Shown here piece by piece: positions 46,348-55,364 of a DNA stretch of 64,000 nt (positions are counted from its first letter, which is position 1; every line of letters begins with the position of its first letter). The position numbers were made by a program, and so were the translations under genes. The DNA comes from Candidatus Kaiserbacteria bacterium (GTDB taxonomy: Bacteria; Patescibacteriota; Minisyncoccia; Phycocordibacterales; UBA918), in contig JANPCG010000010.1 in the NCBI GenBank assembly GCA_031430855.1, positions 35,714 through 99,713 of the forward strand. The letters run 5' to 3'. The notes under the pieces were generated by a model. That model was given only the letters and a program-made list of their open reading frames with translations, did no database searches and was not told the DNA's origin.

Positions 46348-48999
46348 ATGGCAAAAATTCCCGAGCGAAAACTAAATACTGACCGTAGTCAGGCAAAACT
46401 AAGCGAGCGCGAAAACAAGATTATTGTTCGTGGTGCTCGGACGCACAATCTAAAGAATATTACGGTTGAAATGCCACGTGGTAAGTTAATAGCCATTACT
46501 GGTCCATCTGGTTCAGGTAAGTCATCCCTTGCTTTTGATACGATTTTTGCTGAAGGGCAACGACGCTATGTTGAGTCGCTCTCTCCTTACGCACGACAAT
46601 TCCTTAATAAAATGCAAAAGCCTGACGTTGATGAAATTTCTGGCCTCAGTCCAGCGATTTCAATTGATCAAAAGTCAGCTTCACGTAACCCTCGGTCTAC
46701 CGTTGCTACTATTACTGAAATCTATGATTATCTGCGCATCCTCTATGCTCGGGTAGGACAACCGTACTGTCTTGATGTTGATGTCCCAATTCAGAAATTA
46801 TCACAAGATGAAATCCTTGGAATCATTCTTAAATCAATCGAGAGCAAAGATGTACTCGCGGCAACAAAAAAAGAAGCTAATACGGTATTAGGAATTGAAG
46901 TTTCTAAAGGTCGAATATCAATCTTTGCACCAGTTGTTGTTGGTCGTAAAGGTGAATACTATCAATTGCTCTATGACCTTCTTGGTAAAGGGTTTGAAAC
47001 AGTAAAAATTGATGGGGAGATTAAACAACTCCGTGAAAAAATCATTCTCACCAAAACAAAACGTCATGACATTGATGTATTGATTGATGAAATTTATGTA
47101 TCAGAATTTACTGACGACCCTAAAGGCTCACACGAACGTCTTTCTGAGGCGGTTGAAATTGCACTCAGTGTTGCTAGTGGTTTAGTTAAAATTGAAAGCC
47201 CAGGTGGGGAAGTCCGTACACTCTCGGCAAAATTTATTTGTCCGGTTGACGGTTCGTCTTTTCCCGAGGTTGAACCAAGACTTTTTTCATTTAACTCACC
47301 GTATGGTGCTTGTCCTGAATGTAATGGGCTCGGTGTAATCGGAATTTTCCAAAGTGATGTCTGTCCAAAATGTGAAGGGGCACGCTTGCGTCCAGAAGCT
47401 ATGCGCGTATATCTCGGCGGTGATGGAAAAAAGAACCTTGGTACTAATATCGTTGGATTCACTGCGATGACAGTCAAAGAGGCAACTACCTTTATTGACC
47501 AGCTCGAATTATCCAAAAAACAACACGAGGTTGCCTGGCCGGCATTACGAGAGATTATTGATCGACTCGAGTTTATGAATAATGTTGGTATTGAATACCT
47601 TACACTCGACCGTCGTGCCAACACCCTCTCAGGTGGCGAAGCCCAGCGGATTCGACTAGCCTCACAATTAGGCTCGGGCTTGGTAGGGGCTCTCTATGTA
47701 CTTGATGAACCTACGATTGGACTCCATCAACGAGACAATGATCGATTAATTAAAACACTGACGGAACTACGTGATCTTGGAAATACTATCCTTGTCGTCG
47801 AGCATGACGAGGATACTATTTACGCAGCTGATTACCTCGTAGACATCGGACCGGGAGCCGGGATTCATGGTGGTGAGGTCGTGGTGTCGGGTTATCTTGA
47901 GGAACTGCTCAGTGCCAAAACGAATCCGTCAGGCTCGGTGACACTTGACTATCTCCGTGGTTCAAAAAAAATTGCTGTGCCCGAACGTCGTACTGGCGAA
48001 AAAGGACACCTCCGCATAAAAGGTGGCAAAGCGTTTAACATAAAAAATCTTAATATCGACATCCCCCTCGGACGATTAATTTGTGTTACTGGTGTATCTG
48101 GGTCGGGCAAATCAACGTTTATGTACGAGATTGTTGACCGCAATCTTAAAGGACGGCTCGAGAAAAAATTTCGTACAGCCAAGACCTACAATTGTGCTGA
48201 ATTTACGGGTACCGAGTACCTTGGTCGCTCAATCCTCATTGATCAGTCACCAATTGGACGAACTCCACGAAGTAACCCCGCTACCTATACCGGCGCCTTC
48301 TCGCATATACGCGACATGTTTGCTGCCAGTAGTGAAGCCCGGGCACGTGGCTGGAAGCCTGGACGATTTTCATTCAATGTGAAAGGAGGGCGATGTGAAG
48401 CTTGTCAGGGAAATGGCGTAATTGCTGTTGAAATGCACTTTTTACCAACCGTGTTTGTGGAGTGTGACGTCTGTGAAGGAAAACGATTCACCAAAGAAAC
48501 TCTCGAAGTAATGTACCGTAAGAAAAACATTCACCAGGTGCTTGAAATGACCATTGAAGAGGCGTACAAGTTTTTTACCGATGTTCCTTCAATTGAAGAG
48601 CGCTTGAAATCTCTTCTCGATGTGGGACTCTCCTACCTCAAGCTCGGTCAAAGTGCGACGACTCTCTCTGGCGGGGAAGCGCAACGGGTTAAAATTGCGT
48701 CTGAGTTATATCGACCACATACCCAAAAGACCATCTATCTCCTCGATGAACCAACCATTGGCCTCCATTATGAAGATGTTAAAAAGTTAATCGAAATTCT
48801 GCAGCAATTAGTAAATCAAGGAAACACTGTCATGGTGATTGAACACAGTCTTGATGTCATCAAGTCGGCTGACTACGTGATTGATATTGGCCCAGAAGGT
48901 GGCGCGGGTGGCGGAAATATCGTTGCTAAAGGCACCCCTGAAGAAGTCGCCGAAAATCCGAAGTCTTACACCGGTGCATACCTTAAAAAGGTTTTATAA
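46348..48999 (+). CDS. uvrA: Excinuclease ABC subunit A.
   Basis: It has two ABC modules (GPSGSGKSS...[12 protein letters not shown]...LDEPTIGLH and GVSGSGKST...[12 protein letters not shown]...LDEPTIGLH) plus Zn-finger cysteine clusters (CPECNG..C; [10 protein letters not shown]). Confidence 0.9.
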   Translation: MAKIPERKLNTDRSQAKLSERENKIIVRGARTHNLKNITVEMPRGKLIAITGPSGSGKSSLAFDTIFAEGQRRYVESLSPYARQFLNKMQKPDVDEISGLSPAISIDQKSASRNPRSTVATITEIYDYLRILYARVGQPYCLDVDVPIQKLSQDEILGIILKSIESKDVLAATKKEANTVLGIEVSKGRISIFAPVVVGRKGEYYQLLYDLLGKGFETVKIDGEIKQLREKIILTKTKRHDIDVLIDEIYVSEFTDDPKGSHERLSEAVEIALSVASGLVKIESPGGEVRTLSAKFICPVDGSSFPEVEPRLFSFNSPYGACPECNGLGVIGIFQSDVCPKCEGARLRPEAMRVYLGGDGKKNLGTNIVGFTAMTVKEATTFIDQLELSKKQHEVAWPALREIIDRLEFMNNVGIEYLTLDRRANTLSGGEAQRIRLASQLGSGLVGALYVLDEPTIGLHQRDNDRLIKTLTELRDLGNTILVVEHDEDTIYAADYLVDIGPGAGIHGGEVVVSGYLEELLSAKTNPSGSVTLDYLRGSKKIAVPERRTGEKGHLRIKGGKAFNIKNLNIDIPLGRLICVTGVSGSGKSTFMYEIVDRNLKGRLEKKFRTAKTYNCAEFTGTEYLGRSILIDQSPIGRTPRSNPATYTGAFSHIRDMFAASSEARARGWKPGRFSFNVKGGRCEACQGNGVIAVEMHFLPTVFVECDVCEGKRFTKETLEVMYRKKNIHQVLEMTIEEAYKFFTDVPSIEERLKSLLDVGLSYLKLGQSATTLSGGEAQRVKIASELYRPHTQKTIYLLDEPTIGLHYEDVKKLIEILQQLVNQGNTVMVIEHSLDVIKSADYVIDIGPEGGAGGGNIVAKGTPEEVAENPKSYTGAYLKKVL

Positions 49000-49177
49000 A
49001 CTATTCCAATCTACAAAGATCCGGCCTTCTAGCTTGAAAAATGACCGTTCTTACTCAGGATGCAAAAGGTCGGTCCTGATTAATACTGTTAGTTAAACAC
49101 ACACGGTTCAGGCAAACGGAGTATCTGAGGAGTATTATTACGCTTAGGATAGAGTTCATTCCTCGGAGGGGCAGACG

Positions 49178-49381
49178 ATGATACACGACTACAATTGGCC
49201 ACACGGTGCTGCTGGCGCCGCTGACGAACGAGTTAACCGCTCGGAACGGAAGCGTGATCCTATACCCCAAGCTGGTGACGAAGCAAAAACACCAGCGCCA
49301 CCTCAGCAGGGTGATGGCACGACTGCTTCTGAACAGCAGCAACAGCAAGACACAATCATCAGAGACTGGGCTTCATTTTGA
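49178..49381 (+). CDS. Small acidic/Gln-rich protein (67 aa) with a strong SD and its own terminator.
   Basis: GGAGG lies 8-12 nt upstream of ATG 49178, and a UUCG-loop GC-rich terminator sits directly after the stop. The coding potential is uncertain because of low complexity (PAPPQQGDGTTASEQQQQQ). Confidence 0.4.
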   Translation: MIHDYNWPHGAAGAADERVNRSERKRDPIPQAGDEAKTPAPPQQGDGTTASEQQQQQDTIIRDWASF

Positions 49382-49395
49382 AGCACCACAACATA

Positions 49396-49426
49396 GGCCG
49401 CCCTTCGGGGCGGTTTTCGCTTTTTG
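49396..49426 (+). terminator. Rho-independent terminator (GC stem, UUCG loop, T-run).
   Basis: The sequence ggccgccc-ttcg-gggcggt is followed by tttcgcttttt. Confidence 0.6.
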
Positions 49427-49444
49427 TGGTACAGTATTTTCGCG

Positions 49445-50680
49445 ATGACGAAAGACGAACTAAAAGTGCTCGAGCTACCTGATACACCGGGGGTGTACTT
49501 TTTTCTTGATGCCCGCAAGAAAATCATGTACATCGGTAAAGCTACCTCACTGCGCAATCGCGTTCGAAGCTACTTTGCGAACGATATTAAAGAAAAACGC
49601 TCCGAACTCATCAGTAACATGGTTGCCGAAGCCGCGACTGTTGAAGTAACTGCTACCGAGAGTGTACTCGAGGCACTTATCCTCGAAACGAACCTTATTC
49701 GCAGTCACAAACCGCGATATAACACCCGGAGCAAAGATGACAAGTCATACAACCATCTCGTCATAACAAACGAAGCCTGGCCGCGAGTACTCATTGTCCG
49801 CGGTAAAGACCTCACCGAACAGTTCACCGAAAAAGATATCAAATTTCATTTTGGTCCGTTCCCGAGCGGTGGCCTTTTGCGTGAAGCTCTCAAGATCGTC
49901 CGCAAGTTGTTCCAATACTATGACACCAAAGAACCAGTGGGTACAGAAACTACCCGGCTCGCTCGCGGCAAGATTGACTTCAACCGACAGATTGGCCTTT
50001 TCCCAAATCATACTGATAAAGTAATTTATGACCGTACGATTCGTCACTTACGCTTGTTCTTTGAGGGCAAAAAGCGCGAAATCATTAAAGAACTCACTCG
50101 TGACATGATGAAAGCGGCAAAAGCTGAACGCTTTGAAGAAGCTGGTCGTATCAAGCGGCAAGTGTTTGCCCTCGAGCATATCCAGGACATTGCGTTAATT
50201 AAAGCAGAGCGTGCCACCCCTCGCAGTGGAGCGATACTTCGTATCGAGGCATATGATATTGCACACTTAGACGGTAAGGATATGGTGGGAGTGATGACGG
50301 TAGTCGAGGGCAGTGAGCCGCAAAAAAATGAATATCGCAAGTTCAAGATAAAAACACTCAAGAACGCTAACGACCCGGCAGCCCTCAGAGAAGTATTGTC
50401 GCGTCGTCTAGCCCACCCTGAATGGCCATTCCCTAATATTATCGTTGTTGACGGTAACGATGTGCAGAAGCGCACTGCCGAACTCCTCCTTGCCGAACAC
50501 GCCCTCCTTGTACCAGTCGTCGCGGTGGTGAAGGACGATCGGCACAAAGCAAACCGGCTTCTTGGCCCTGCGGCTTTGATTGAGGCACACAAGCTCGAAA
50601 TCCTCCACGCCAATGCAGAGTCCCACCGCTTTGCTATCACGTACTACCGACAAAAAAGCCGTAAGCGAGCGTTATCCTAG
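49445..50680 (+). CDS. uvrC: UvrC-like excinuclease (GIY-YIG, UvrB-interaction and endonuclease domains; the C-terminal HhH region appears absent).
   Basis: The GIY-YIG block is GVYFFLDARKKIMYIGKATSLRNRVRSYF. The UVR-like helix is AERFEEAGRIKRQVFALEHIQ. The RNase H-like endonuclease region is ILRIEAYDIAHLDGKDMVGVMTVV. The protein is only ~412 aa and the gene ends 50 nt before ddl. ATG 49445 is preferred over TTG 49424. Confidence 0.75.
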   Translation: MTKDELKVLELPDTPGVYFFLDARKKIMYIGKATSLRNRVRSYFANDIKEKRSELISNMVAEAATVEVTATESVLEALILETNLIRSHKPRYNTRSKDDKSYNHLVITNEAWPRVLIVRGKDLTEQFTEKDIKFHFGPFPSGGLLREALKIVRKLFQYYDTKEPVGTETTRLARGKIDFNRQIGLFPNHTDKVIYDRTIRHLRLFFEGKKREIIKELTRDMMKAAKAERFEEAGRIKRQVFALEHIQDIALIKAERATPRSGAILRIEAYDIAHLDGKDMVGVMTVVEGSEPQKNEYRKFKIKTLKNANDPAALREVLSRRLAHPEWPFPNIIVVDGNDVQKRTAELLLAEHALLVPVVAVVKDDRHKANRLLGPAALIEAHKLEILHANAESHRFAITYYRQKSRKRALS

Positions 50681-50733
50681 CTAGCGGACGCATAAAGTAC
50701 AGTCATCAAATGTAGTTGTGCTAAAATACTAAT

Positions 50734-51708
50734 ATGAAAAATACTCGCGTGGCAGTCTTACGTGGCGGACCGAGTTCCGAATACGATGTTTCTATGATTA
50801 CAGGAGCCGGCGTCCTAAGTGCACTCAGTGAGCTTGGATACTTTACCAAAGACATTGTCGTCACAAAAAGTGGGGATTGGATCATTGAAGGGGTCGTTAA
50901 ATCACCGGACTCGGCCTTATTAGCAATTGATGTTGTTTTTATTGCCATGCACGGTGCCTATGGTGAGGATGGAACAGTTCAAAAAATCTGCGAACGGCAT
51001 CACATTCCTTTTACGGGCAGCAATTCTTTTCCCTCGAACCTCGCTTTTAACAAAGACGCCACCAAGCGATCACTTCGCGATAGCGGAGTCAGACTACCAA
51101 AACACGTCAAAGTAAAACGAGAAGATTATGAGCACTTTACAGAGATTGCTGCCGCAATATTAAATGAAATTGGTTCAGAAGTTGTCCTTAAACCAACAAA
51201 CAGTGGCTCTTCCCATGGAGTGATGATGGTGGGTGATGACGCCTCGCTCGTAAAAGCTTTAGAGGACATGTCTGTAGTATACGAGAAGTTTATGGTGGAA
51301 GAACGAATTCGTGGCACTGAAGCTACGGTTGCTCTACTAGAAGACTTTAGAAATCAGACACACTATCTCTTACCCGCAATCGAAATCGTACCACCACAAT
51401 CAAGTGATTTCTTTGATGCTGAAGTAAAATATAACGGAGCAACCCTTGAGCTTTGTCCCGGTCGTTTTTCTCAAGCTGAAAAAGAATTACTGGCTGAAGC
51501 AGCTTTAACGGTGCACCGGGATTTGGGCCTAAGTCAATATTCACGTTCCGACTTTATAGTACGAAATGGGGAAGTGTACTTCCTGGAAGTAAACACCCTT
51601 CCCGGACTAACCCCAGAATCCCTTTTTCCAAGAGCTGCAGCTGCGGTTGGTTGCACCTTTACTCAACTAATCGAACATCTCATACTTACCGCTCGAGTTA
51701 ATCGTTAG
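50734..51708 (+). CDS. ddl: D-alanine--D-alanine ligase.
   Basis: The N-terminal Ddl domain is RVAVLRGGPSSEYDVSMITG...VVFIAMHGAYGEDGTVQ. The ATP-grasp region reads VVLKPTNSGSSHGVMMV...EERIRGTEATVALL...YFLEVNTLPGLT. Confidence 0.85.
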   Translation: MKNTRVAVLRGGPSSEYDVSMITGAGVLSALSELGYFTKDIVVTKSGDWIIEGVVKSPDSALLAIDVVFIAMHGAYGEDGTVQKICERHHIPFTGSNSFPSNLAFNKDATKRSLRDSGVRLPKHVKVKREDYEHFTEIAAAILNEIGSEVVLKPTNSGSSHGVMMVGDDASLVKALEDMSVVYEKFMVEERIRGTEATVALLEDFRNQTHYLLPAIEIVPPQSSDFFDAEVKYNGATLELCPGRFSQAEKELLAEAALTVHRDLGLSQYSRSDFIVRNGEVYFLEVNTLPGLTPESLFPRAAAAVGCTFTQLIEHLILTARVNR

Positions 51709-51711
51709 GCC

Positions 51712-52053
51712 ATGGCAAAAATTACTCTTAAAAAATATGCCAGTTTAAAAAAGGGTCTTGGGTCGGACTGGCAAACGAATGACATCTATACTGAACTCAG
51801 CCTTACCGCAAATTTTAAAAACCACTTCACCGCGTTTATGTTTCTCACCAAAGTATCCATTCACGCTGAAGTAAAAAAGTATTATCCAACCTTAATATTA
51901 AAAGAACATACGGTTAAAATTACATTAGGGTCGAAGAAATCTCCACTCACAACTGATGATTTTAATTTCGCTTTTCATGTTGATGTTGTCATGTTATCCA
52001 CTAAAGAACGTAGGCAGGTATCAACTTTAGACCCAACTCGGTATATACTCTAG
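51712..52053 (+). CDS. Hypothetical protein (113 aa).
   Basis: The ORF starts 4 nt after the ddl stop. I recognised no motif. Confidence 0.5.
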   Translation: MAKITLKKYASLKKGLGSDWQTNDIYTELSLTANFKNHFTAFMFLTKVSIHAEVKKYYPTLILKEHTVKITLGSKKSPLTTDDFNFAFHVDVVMLSTKERRQVSTLDPTRYIL

Positions 52054-52057
52054 TTAT

Positions 52058-52693
52058 ATGAATATGGAAGGCACAAAACACGAAAAAGCAGTTATATTAT
52101 TCTTAGCGTACGTTGTCGGATTTACTTCGGGCTTTATCGCCTTTGGTACAAAACAGTCAGCACCAGAAGTCGTTTCAGTGACTGAGGTTGCTCAAGAAAT
52201 TTCCTTAGAGGAGTCACCTGATGTTGTTGAGGAAGTAATCACAGACGATGTACTTACGGAAGCAGTAGAATCACCTAACGAGTATTCAAATCCTCTTCAT
52301 CCTGAGGGCACACATGCATATTACCAAAACGGCCGGTTACTCGTCAGTGTTAACGGACAAGTCACGCTGCTTTCAATGGAAAAAAATCGAATGGCTGCCA
52401 ATGTGACCGATCTTTTTAGTAAGCAGGGTTCTCACATTGCTATTCCTCATACCGCAGTTTCAACAGATAATAAGTATGTCTACTTCTGTGAACAGCAATC
52501 TGATGCTGATAGTTGTGTAAGCTTTGTGTATGCAATTGACGCTCAAACTATTTATTCAGTAATGGATAACGGACAAAAGGTGGTTATGAGTGGCAGTGAC
52601 GCTAAAAAGGTGACCTGGGATGGTAACAAACTATCTGTTGGAACCAGTCTCTCTACTTCTCCAGAAGCACCTTGGAAGGTCGCCGCTCGGTAA
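52058..52693 (+). CDS. Hypothetical membrane-anchored protein (211 aa).
   Basis: The N-terminal TM is AVILFLAYVVGFTSGFIAF and the ectodomain is acidic. Confidence 0.55.
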   Translation: MNMEGTKHEKAVILFLAYVVGFTSGFIAFGTKQSAPEVVSVTEVAQEISLEESPDVVEEVITDDVLTEAVESPNEYSNPLHPEGTHAYYQNGRLLVSVNGQVTLLSMEKNRMAANVTDLFSKQGSHIAIPHTAVSTDNKYVYFCEQQSDADSCVSFVYAIDAQTIYSVMDNGQKVVMSGSDAKKVTWDGNKLSVGTSLSTSPEAPWKVAAR

Positions 52694-52702
52694 CTTATTC
52701 TA

Positions 52703-52731
52703 TTGACTTACACAACCAAAGTCGGTATTAT
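52703..52731 (+). promoter_or_regulatory. Sigma70-type promoter for tRNA-Ala(TGC).
   Basis: It reads TTGACT, a 17-nt spacer, then TATTAT. The -10 element ends ~63 nt upstream of the tRNA 5' end. Confidence 0.5.
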
Positions 52732-52794
52732 AGCCAGCACTTGCAAAGTAATTTGCAGATAAAGAGGTCGCGATACGTGAGTTTCTCACGTACT

Positions 52795-52867
52795 GGGCCC
52801 GTAGCTCACTTGGTAGAGCGCCTCATTTGCACTGAGGAGGCAGCGGGTTCGAATCCTGTCGGGTCCA
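52795..52867 (+). tRNA. tRNA-Ala (anticodon TGC); CCA is not encoded.
   Basis: The cloverleaf is GGGCCCG-TA-GCTC-ACTTGGTA-GAGC-G-CCTCA-TTTGCAC-TGAGG-AGGCA-GCGGG-TTCGAAT-CCTGT-CGGGTCC-A. The G3:U70 Ala identity pair is present. Confidence 0.85.
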
Positions 52868-52876
52868 CATAAGGCA

Positions 52877-52908
52877 GTCCGTAACACGCTAGTGTTACGG
52901 ACTTTGCC
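52877..52908 (+). terminator. Hairpin immediately after the tRNA (terminator-like, weak U-tract).
   Basis: The stem is gtccgtaacac-gcta-gtgttacggac (11 bp, perfect), followed by tttgcc. Confidence 0.45.
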
Positions 52909-52913
52909 GTTGT

Positions 52914-52933
52914 GCGACCCGACAGGATTCGAA
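52914..52933 (+). repeat. Inverted copy (18/18 nt) of the tRNA-Ala(TGC) T-loop/acceptor 3' end.
   Basis: gacccgacaggattcgaa (52916-52933) is the reverse complement of ttcgaatcctgtcgggtc (tRNA 52848-52865). A 12-nt direct copy of the same region (cgaatcctgtcg) lies at ~53029-53040. Confidence 0.6.
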
Positions 52934-53163
52934 AGGTTACTTCGGGGCCCCTCTGGGCCGAAGCAACCGGGGTCGAGCGAGTGAGACAGTTAATGAACGA
53001 AGTGATATTAACTTTCCACGAGAGTGACCGAATCCTGTCGCGATTACTTAGCAGAATTTATACAAAGTATAAATTCTGGTTAGTAACTCGTAACCACAGA
53101 AGTTATGACCAAATCCCGCTAATCTCCTTGCCACCATCATTTTTTTATGACATAATCACTATA

Positions 53164-53775
53164 ATGAAAAACTTCAACGACGACTTTAAACGAGGGAGTA
53201 AGAAATTCTCCGGTCCCAAATCATTTCATAATGAATCGCGCCCTCAAGGACGTTTTGATAACGGACGTCCGCCACGCTTTGAACGTGACGAAGCAAAGCC
53301 TGAATTATTCAAGGCAACCTGTACAACGTGTGGTAAACCATGTGAGGTACCTTTTAAACCGGACGGCATTAAGCCAGTGCTTTGCCGCGAATGTTTCTCA
53401 GCAAAAAATGGAGCTCCCTTTACGCCAAAACTTCGTGGTGACGACCGTACTCAAGGGACTTCAAAATTCCGGCCTGACTCTTCAAAATCTCCGGCAGACT
53501 ACATTCCATTTCAACCCACTAAAGATGCTAACTACAAGGAACTAAAACAGCAAATTGGTGTGCTCGAATCAAAGATCAACCGTTTAGTTGATCTTATGAC
53601 CCCCGTAGCAAAACCAGTAGTTAAAGCGGCGCCACTTTCGCTAGACGAAGAAGTAACGGAGATTAAGCTAGCGCGTAAGCCAAAACTTGCGACCCCGGCC
53701 GTAAAGAAAGCCGCTGCCAAGAAGAAGGTACAGAAGGCTACCAAAGTCGCTAAAAAGGCTCCTAAAGCAGAATAA
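53164..53775 (+). CDS. CxxC-x17-CxxC zinc-ribbon protein with a Lys/Ala/Pro-rich histone H1-like C-terminal tail.
   Basis: CTTC-(17 aa)-CREC is an exact CxxC-x17-CxxC spacing. The C-terminal 60 aa are KAAPLSLDEEVTEIKLARKPKLATPAVKKAAAKKKVQKATKVAKKAPKAE. Start 53164 (MKNFNDD) is chosen because the longer ORF from 52912 overlaps the tRNA-flanking repeats. Confidence 0.6.
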   Translation: MKNFNDDFKRGSKKFSGPKSFHNESRPQGRFDNGRPPRFERDEAKPELFKATCTTCGKPCEVPFKPDGIKPVLCRECFSAKNGAPFTPKLRGDDRTQGTSKFRPDSSKSPADYIPFQPTKDANYKELKQQIGVLESKINRLVDLMTPVAKPVVKAAPLSLDEEVTEIKLARKPKLATPAVKKAAAKKKVQKATKVAKKAPKAE

Positions 53776-53783
53776 TACCCACA

Positions 53784-53812
53784 TTGATATCAACTAACTA
53801 AAACGCTATAAT
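53784..53812 (+). promoter_or_regulatory. Sigma70-type promoter for tRNA-Ala(GGC).
   Basis: It reads TTGATA, a 17-nt spacer, then TATAAT (perfect -10). The -10 ends 20 nt upstream of the tRNA 5' end. Confidence 0.55.
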
Positions 53813-53832
53813 CTGCGTCATAGTTTGATTGA

Positions 53833-53905
53833 GGGCCCTTAGCTCATCCGGTAGAGCGCTTCCATGGCATGGAAGAGGTGAGCGGTTCAAGTCCGCTAGG
53901 GTCCA
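53833..53905 (+). tRNA. tRNA-Ala (anticodon GGC); CCA is not encoded.
   Basis: The cloverleaf is GGGCCCT-TA-GCTC-ATCCGGTA-GAGC-G-CTTCC-ATGGCAT-GGAAG-AGGTG-AGCGG-TTCAAGT-CCGCT-AGGGTCC-A, with the G3:U70 pair. Confidence 0.85.
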
Positions 53906-53920
53906 CAGCAGGAAACCAAT

Positions 53921-53956
53921 AAACCACCAGCTAAAAAGCTGGTGGTTTATTGATTT
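53921..53956 (+). terminator. Rho-independent terminator after tRNA-Ala(GGC).
   Basis: The stem is aaaccaccagct-aaaa-agctggtggttt (12 bp, perfect), followed by attgattt. A second perfect 10-bp hairpin (agcaagtgac-ctgc-gtcacttgct) follows. Confidence 0.6.
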
Positions 53957-54382
53957 AGCAAGTGACCTGCGTCACTTGCTACTGCTGTGGAAGACGGAGA
54001 CATATCGCTCTGCGACAGTCGAGGCAGGGTCGAGAGCTGTTAGTAGATTTGGAGCTGAAAGCGAACAAATATACTTACAGATTCGTGACCACAGCGGCTT
54101 TATAATTAGTAACTCATGACCATTGAGACTATTCAAGAACACTTATTAGATTCAGAGTCGAAGACGAATGAATATAGTTAGTGACTTGTGACCACCAGAT
54201 ATACTTTACCTAATAAATCTTTTGAAGCCCAAAGATATAGGGACAAGCAAGGCGGGCGGAAATGACCAAGATGTAACACAAAAATATCGGTTCATCTTTC
54301 ACTACCATTGAAATATTCAAAAAACCATGACATAGTACATAACGAAATAAGTACACCCTGCACATTCACAAGGAGCAGAAGA

Positions 54383-55252
54383 ATGGCTAATCAAAATTTC
54401 GTGAACCCAACCGGTCTCTGGTCGTACTCGGGTCCGTATCAAATCCTTGTTGTGGCAGAGGCATGTCCCTCGGATATCGACGCAGCCAAACGTGTTGGTA
54501 ACAACGTAAGAGTCCGAGGCACGATAATTGAGGTCGGCCCCAGTCATGATCAGTATGGACAAATATATCAGGGCAGTGGCGATGATGCATCATGTTATGT
54601 CGGACTTCAACGCCTGTTCTTCGAAAAGAAACACATAATTCGTATATCCCGTCCAGCGGGTCAATTGATCTGGGAGAATCCTGAGCTGACTCATATTTCT
54701 CTGCAAGAGGTTAAAGAAAAACCCCGCGGCTACTGGCCAAAGTTCTACTACGATGGAACAGAAATCATTGGTGAAACCTGTTCTACCGGCACTAAATACC
54801 AGTTGCGTGAGGGACAAGAAATTCGGTTAAAACGTCACGGTACCTTCCGGTTTACAAAGGCTTTCAAGACCCTGGCTTACCTGGACATAACACTTCCGCG
54901 CAAGGGATGGAACCCGCGCAAAACAACTCATCGGATTCGAATTCCAACAGGTAAGTGCTTGACAGTCAGTCGCTCTAATTATCATCTGGAGTGGATGAAC
55001 ACCCTACTGATTCAGCGTCACTACTTTGGCTACCGGCCAGGGCACCAGCCGCTTACTGAGTACGAGATACTGCAATTTCTTGAATTGCTCAAGCCTGATC
55101 CACTCATGGAAGAACGGGCCAGAAAAGCCTTTACTGCCATGAAGCCTGCTGACGTTCGACTTCAACATCAGGAACTACAGCGCTCGGCTATGAGTACAGA
55201 ACTCGTGCGAGAAAAGGTAGAAAGAATCAAGCTCGCCATGAACATCAGTTAG
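54383..55252 (+). CDS. Hypothetical protein (289 aa) in a GC-elevated islet.
   Basis: The RBS aaggagcagaag precedes ATG 54383, preferred over the ORF-track start at 54308. GC is ~50% against a lower-GC background. A terminator follows. I recognised no motif. Confidence 0.55.
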   Translation: MANQNFVNPTGLWSYSGPYQILVVAEACPSDIDAAKRVGNNVRVRGTIIEVGPSHDQYGQIYQGSGDDASCYVGLQRLFFEKKHIIRISRPAGQLIWENPELTHISLQEVKEKPRGYWPKFYYDGTEIIGETCSTGTKYQLREGQEIRLKRHGTFRFTKAFKTLAYLDITLPRKGWNPRKTTHRIRIPTGKCLTVSRSNYHLEWMNTLLIQRHYFGYRPGHQPLTEYEILQFLELLKPDPLMEERARKAFTAMKPADVRLQHQELQRSAMSTELVREKVERIKLAMNIS

Positions 55253-55277
55253 CGTAGCGTTCTGGTCAACAACTCAT

Positions 55278-55330
55278 CACCCCGCATCACCGAGGCACCC
55301 CCTCCGTTTGGTGCGGGGTGTTTTCATTTT
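55278..55330 (+). terminator. Rho-independent terminator.
   Basis: The stem is caccccgca ... tgcggggtg with an internal loop, followed by ttttcatttt. Confidence 0.55.
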
Positions 55331-55364
55331 CTAACCTCATCATACCTTCTGCTATACTTCATCT

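Noticed and set aside
47094-48382. ORFs overlapping uvrA: 47094-47624 (-), 47949-48182 (-) and 48083-48382 (+).
   Set aside because: They lie inside the strongly supported uvrA frame. They are Arg/Ser/Pro-rich, which is typical of out-of-frame translation.
50044-50640. A 198-aa minus-strand ORF opposite uvrC.
   Set aside because: It is antisense to a conserved GIY-YIG / endonuclease coding region and its composition is biased (Ser/Arg/Ala). It is spurious.
52672-52872. A 66-aa ORF on the + strand.
   Set aside because: It is entirely covered by the tRNA-Ala(TGC) gene and its promoter. It is an ORF-caller artefact.
52905-52995. Possible minus-strand tRNA or tRNA pseudogene, suggested by the inverted copy of the tRNA-Ala 3' end.
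   Set aside because: The reverse complement ends in ...ttcgaatcctgtcgggtcgc, but the upstream sequence cannot form D, anticodon or T arms. Only a 9-bp GC hairpin forms, and the total length is ~61 nt. It is kept as a repeat rather than an RNA gene.
52912-53163. N-terminal 84 codons of the ORF-track CDS 52912-53775.
   Set aside because: This stretch overlaps the tRNA-derived repeats and GC-rich hairpins right after the tRNA. The recognisable protein (zinc ribbon plus basic tail) starts at Met 53164, so the upstream part is more likely a structured leader than coding.
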